A DNA stretch of 64,000 bases from Zygnema circumcarinatum SAG 698-1b (lineage: Eukaryota; Plantae; Zygnematophyceae): positions 3,038,001 to 3,102,000 of the forward strand of contig CM074811.1 of assembly GCA_037447605.1 (NCBI GenBank). Reading direction: 5' to 3'. Positions 59,433 to 64,000 of this stretch are shown one piece after another (the first letter of the stretch is position 1; every line of letters begins with the position of its first letter). Below the pieces are notes generated by a model. It saw only the letters and a program-made list of their open reading frames with translations, did no database searches and was not told the DNA's origin. A program made the translations under genes and the position numbers.

Positions 59433-60445
59433 AACGAATAAAGATCCGCAAGATTGCCGATAGAATCCGGGATTGACCCCGTCAAGGAATTATAAGACAA
59501 GTCTCTGCCAAACATAGAAAAACGGGCACTGAATAAACATGCAGCCACGACTAGCATTGGCATTCCTCTGTTTGACATTTCTATCTCTTTCGTTTCAAAT
59601 TTAAGGGGAAATATACTTACAAGGACAACAATTTCGATTGGTACCAAAAATTCGCGATAGGCCCCGTTAAGGCATTAAAACTCAAGTCTCTGCCAAAAAA
59701 AAAAAGGGGCAGTGAATAAACATGCTGCCTCGACTAGCATTTCTATCATTGGCATCCCTCGGGCTTTTCTGTCACTTTCACTTCAGAATAAAAGGGAAAG
59801 GAACTTACAAGTGTTTCAGATTCGAATGGCTGAAGATAACATCCGGGATAGACCCCGTTAGGGAGTTAAAAGCCATTGCCCTGCCAAAAAGATGCCCCTC
59901 AAGATTCTGCCAAAAATTAAAAAAAAGAAGCACTGATTAAACATGCTGCCACGACTGGCATTCCGCTGTCTGGTATTTCTATCACTGTCATTTTAGATTT
60001 AAGGGGAACAATACTTACAAGACCCAGAGATCCCCAGGTCCGCCCATAGAATATGGGATAGACCCCGTTAGGGAATTGTTATTCAAGATTCTGCCAAAAA
60101 ATTAAAAAAAAGAAGCACTGAGTAAACATGCTGCCACGACTAGCACTTCTATCACTGACATGCCTTTGTCTGACATTTCGATCACTTTCATTTCAGATTA
60201 GTGGGGAAAAATACTTACAAAATCTGAAGACTTCCACCGAAAAAATTCGGAAGCCCCGTTAGGGAATTATTAATCAAAGATCTGCCAAGAAATTAAAAGA
60301 CGGCATTAAATAAACATGCTGCCACGACTAGCAAATCTATCACTGCCATTCCTCTGTCTGGCATTTCAATCGCTTTCTTGTCGGATTTATGGGGAAAGAA
60401 ACTTACAAGTATTTCAGAAGCCCAAGGTTGCCAATAGAATCCGGA
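59433..60445 (-). CDS. Tandem array of six single-LRR phase-2 exons: 60445-60407 (truncated by insertion), 60281-60219, 60090-60019, 59880-59809, 59689-59621, 59504-59433
   Basis: Each complete exon is flanked by GGCAG and GTAAGT, with lengths 63, 72, 72, 69 and 72 nt. They encode the plant-type LRR, e.g. DLSYNSLTGSIPDSIGNLADLYSL. Confidence 0.9.
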
Positions 60446-63400
60446 TGTAACAACCTGCCCCCCCCGGCAGACTGCTCTGAAAGTCTAAGTGTCAAAGAGA
60501 GAGAAGGAGAGAGAGTCAGAGGAGCGTGAGCTCAATGCTGGTACAAAGAGCTCGGATGGTCTCCCATCCGGGCGCAGCCCCCTTAAGCTCCCCCCGTTGA
60601 ACCCCCTACCAGCATGGAGGACCGGGAGCGGGACTGCCCAATCAGAGCCCGCCGCGTGGCGGAGATCCTTAGCCGAGTTATCGGCTGAGGACAAGCCCGT
60701 GGTCTCGCCGCATCTCACGGGGCGCGTCGCGACTGTTAGTGTATGATAGTTAGCATGCTTTTGTTGGAACATTAGTTTTGTGTGTTTGTGTTGTGTGTTT
60801 CCTTGGCGGCGGTGCGCGCCTAAGTTAGTAGGCGGCGGTACGGACATTTGGTCGGTGGAAGAGGCGCGGCGCGGCGGAGTCAGAAGTGACGAGGCGCGAC
60901 GCGACGAATCGGNNNNNNNNNNGTTGGAGAGAAGGGTGGTGCTGTGCAGGGTGCCAGCACGTCGGCAAATGAAGGAGCCGAGCCAGCGGCAGCGACAAGC
61001 GAGCCGGCTGATGATGGAGAGACGCCCATGGAGGCGCATGCGGAGGAGCCGCAAAGTTCAGCGGAGACGATTCCCCTTCACACTCACTCCAGTGGTGAAG
61101 AGGAGAACTCAGTGGAGACGGTCCCGCTTCACGCGCAAGATTCAGAGGATCTTGAAGCGGCCGAGAGGGAGGCAATGTTAGCGAACATGCCCCCAGGTTT
61201 TGTTCCCGGACTCTACTTCTACCCGAGAGGACGAAGTGCGAAGACAGTCCGGAGGAGCGGCCGAGACACGAGGCGACCAGATCGGTTTTCGCCTGGTACC
61301 AATCTGATCCAAGAGAGAGTGCCATCAGATTCAGCTGACCTTGTGGGAGTTGCCCACTGTTTCATGATTACCGAGCCACAGACCTTTGAGGAGGCGCACG
61401 ACGGAGTCGATGGCGATAAGTGGCGGGTTGCGATTGATAGCGAATGGGACAGCCTGATCGAGAACGGCACGTGGAGATTGGAGGAGCTGCCTCAAGGGAG
61501 GCGAGCTATCGGCTGCAAATGGGTCTTCAAAGTCAAGAGGAAGGCAGACGGAAGCGTGGATAGGTACAAGGCGCGGTTAGTGGCGAAAGGATACGGCCAG
61601 CAGTATGGGATTGACTACATGGAGACGTTCGCTCCAGTGGTAAAGTTCAATTCCCTGAGAGCCTTGATTTCCATTGCAGCGGCTGAAGGAATGCACGTCC
61701 ATCAATTGGACATCAAGACGGCATTTCTGTATGGTGATCTCACGGAAGAGATTTACATGGAGCAGCCGGAGGGGAAGGTCGTTCCCGGGAAGGAGCACCT
61801 AGTCTGTCGACTGGTGAAGAGTCTGTACGGCTTGAAGCAGGCGCCGAGAGTGTGGTACGAAAAGATTGACGATCTTTTNNNNNNNNNNCGGTTTGAGACA
61901 GATCATTCAGTGTACCGTCAAGGAGAGGGGGCAGACATCATGTTCGTTGGGATCTATGTCGACGATCTCATCATGGTGAGCCTCTCCCTTGAAAGAATCA
62001 GATCTTTGAAAGAATTGCTTCAGGCAAATTTCAAAATGTCAGATCTGGGAGAGGCGCAGTATCTGCTGGGAATGCAACTGAAGAGGGGGCAGGATGGAAG
62101 CTTGTTTCTATGTCAAAGGAAGTATGCTTCAGATGTGCTTTCCCGTTTTCGAATGGAGGACGCCAGGCCATGCTCCAGCCCCATGGAGGTCAGGCACTAG
62201 GCTATCGAAGGAGATTTCACCTTCGTCAGATGCGAAGGCACAGAAGATGTTTGGAGTGCCATACAGATCCGCGATTGGGAGTCTAATGTACTTGATGATC
62301 GAACGCGTCCGGACTTGGCGAAAGCGGTGAGCTCGGCCAGCCGATTCATGGAGAATCCGGGCCTCGAGCATTGGGAGGCAGTGAAGAGGATTTTCAGATA
62401 TGTGAAGGGGACGCTCGATTATGGAATCAGGTATGAGAGGGGGCCAACCAGAGTGATTGGCTATACAGACTCAGATTGGGGAGGAGATGTCGATATGTCA
62501 CGCTCGACTTCGGGTTTCGTTTACCTGAATGGAGGAGGAGCGATCATGGAGTTCCAAGTTGCAGGACTCGGTGGCGTATCGAGCACGGAGGGCGAGTACA
62601 TGGGTGCTTGTCATGCTTCGAAGGAAGGAGTGTGGTTCATGCAGTTCTTTGAAGAATGCAAGAGGGACCAACGACCGATTACCTTGTTTACCGACAATCA
62701 ATCGTCGATTGCCCTGGTGGGAAACCCTGTGTTCCACAAGAGGACCAAGCACATTCGGGTGCAGTACCATTATGTACGGGAGTTGGTCGAGGAGGGCTTG
62801 ATTGAGGTGAAGTTCGTAGGCACCAAGGAGCAGGCCGCAGATATGCTAACAAAGGGAGTTAGTGGGGAAACACTATTAGTCAACGGGAGGTTGATTGGGC
62901 TGGGGCCCGCGCAAAACTAGAAGTTCCAAAGAGGGGGATTGTTAGTGTATGATAGTTAGCATGCTTTTGTTGGAACATTAGTTTTGTGTGTTTGTGTTGT
63001 GTGTTTCCTTGGCGGCGGTNNNNNNNNNNATTATTAAGGAGTTTTAGAGCCGAGAGCTTTCTCCTATCCTTTTCTCTCTGTTATTCCGCTGTGCATATTC
63101 TGTGAGGTTCACTCTGTGAGTAAAATGGGCTATGAGTGAATGTGAGAGTTTGGGAAATGTCATCATCGATTGGAACGCGAACTCCGATGGAAGGTGATGC
63201 GAGTGGAGAAGCCGGCAGCAGTGGAGGAGTCCCTCCACCAACAGCGACGCGACGCGCCGTCGTGCAGCGGCGCACGGCTAAGTCTGACAGGGTCAGACCT
63301 GTCAGCCCGTCCGTACAATACGGACGTTACTTGTCAAAAGATGCCGCCGCATCTCGCGGGTCGCGCCGCCGAGCAGCGCGCCGACGTGCGGCGATGCGCG

Positions 63401-64000
63401 ACCAGATCTCTGGCCGCGGGATCCGTATGTCAGTGCGTCCGTACACCTGTACGGACGACCAGTACGATCCAAAAGAGATCCCTTGCCAGCAACAAGGATC
63501 GAGCCCAAGACCTCGTGCGGTCTTGGCAGCGTCCTAACCTAACCGCTAGGCGCTGAGATGAAAGGATAATCATAGTATCACTATGAGTACGCCTCCAGGG
63601 TCACGCTGTAGCGTTACGCTACATTACTCCCCCCTGTGAGTATGTGAACGCCCTCGTTCACTGGGGAGAAGTAATCTTGGCAGCCCGCAGTTTAAGAGGT
63701 ATTCGTCTCTGTCTGCGGGGTGTACGGGAGGGCTCAGCGTTAATCCCGGTCAAGTCCCTTTTCGAGTAGCTCGTGGACGGGTCGGGAACCCCCCTAGCCG
63801 CCCTCGCCCGCTCACCAGCGGTCTGCGCCTCCCAGTACAATCTCAGGAGCTCCTTGCAATTTGTCAGATTGCTCTCACGTTCCCACGTGCTATGTTCAAC
63901 CCCATAGCCCAACCATTTCACGAGATATTCGTGGCGGGAAGTCTGACCTCTACTCACTGTCCTGTGTGTCTGAATGGCTTCAACCTCATACTCGAGATCA
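60446..64000 (-). mobile_element. Second chromovirus G2 (chromodomain end, PPT, 3' LTR 63623-60446 split by Copia A2), inserted into an LRR exon; continues beyond the window
   Basis: HEYLVKWLGYGVEHSTWE; PPT cagggggga; LTR starts TGTAGCGTAACGCTACA and ends TGTTACA. Net LTR length is about 670 bp, as in G1. Confidence 0.9.
60734..63243 (+). mobile_element. Copia family A copy A2 (gapped) inserted into the G2 LTR
   Basis: Perfect 5-bp TSD GCGAC (60729-60733 and 63244-63248); RT/RNase H at 60944-62920; PPT and both LTR termini visible. Confidence 0.92.

Noticed and set aside
60734-63243. Internally deleted non-autonomous Copia A2
   Set aside because: The missing gag-integrase region coincides with the 10-N gap at 60913-60922, so its true length is unknown.

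Overview
Eukaryotic plant-lineage nuclear DNA with GT-AG introns and many 10-N assembly gaps. The gene content and repeat style suggest a streptophyte green alga or early-diverging plant, but this is inference with low confidence. The left ~22 kb is a gene island with five co-oriented minus-strand genes: PCNA (5' four exons), an RlmM/FtsJ-type 2'-O-methyltransferase, an intronless mTERF, an OPI10/Hikeshi-like gene and a complete 9-exon UDP-apiose/UDP-xylose synthase. Its introns and spacers carry GA microsatellites, TTAGGG-like tracts, MITEs and an array of 17-bp palindromes. The right ~42 kb is mostly nested transposons. A hAT element contains a CRE-like LINE, which contains an LTR. There are at least three Copia-type families and two chromodomain Ty3/Gypsy elements, several with visible target-site duplications. 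Threaded through this nest on the minus strand are the exons of one probable extracellular gene: a tandem array of single-LRR exons, a Cys-rich/EGF-like exon, a Ser-Pro rod and a C-terminal PAN/Apple domain. This gene is split by ~22 kb of retroelements and cut in one exon by a chromovirus. The most interesting observations are this LRR exon-cassette gene, the palindrome array, and a Copia whose gag frame starts inside the LTR.
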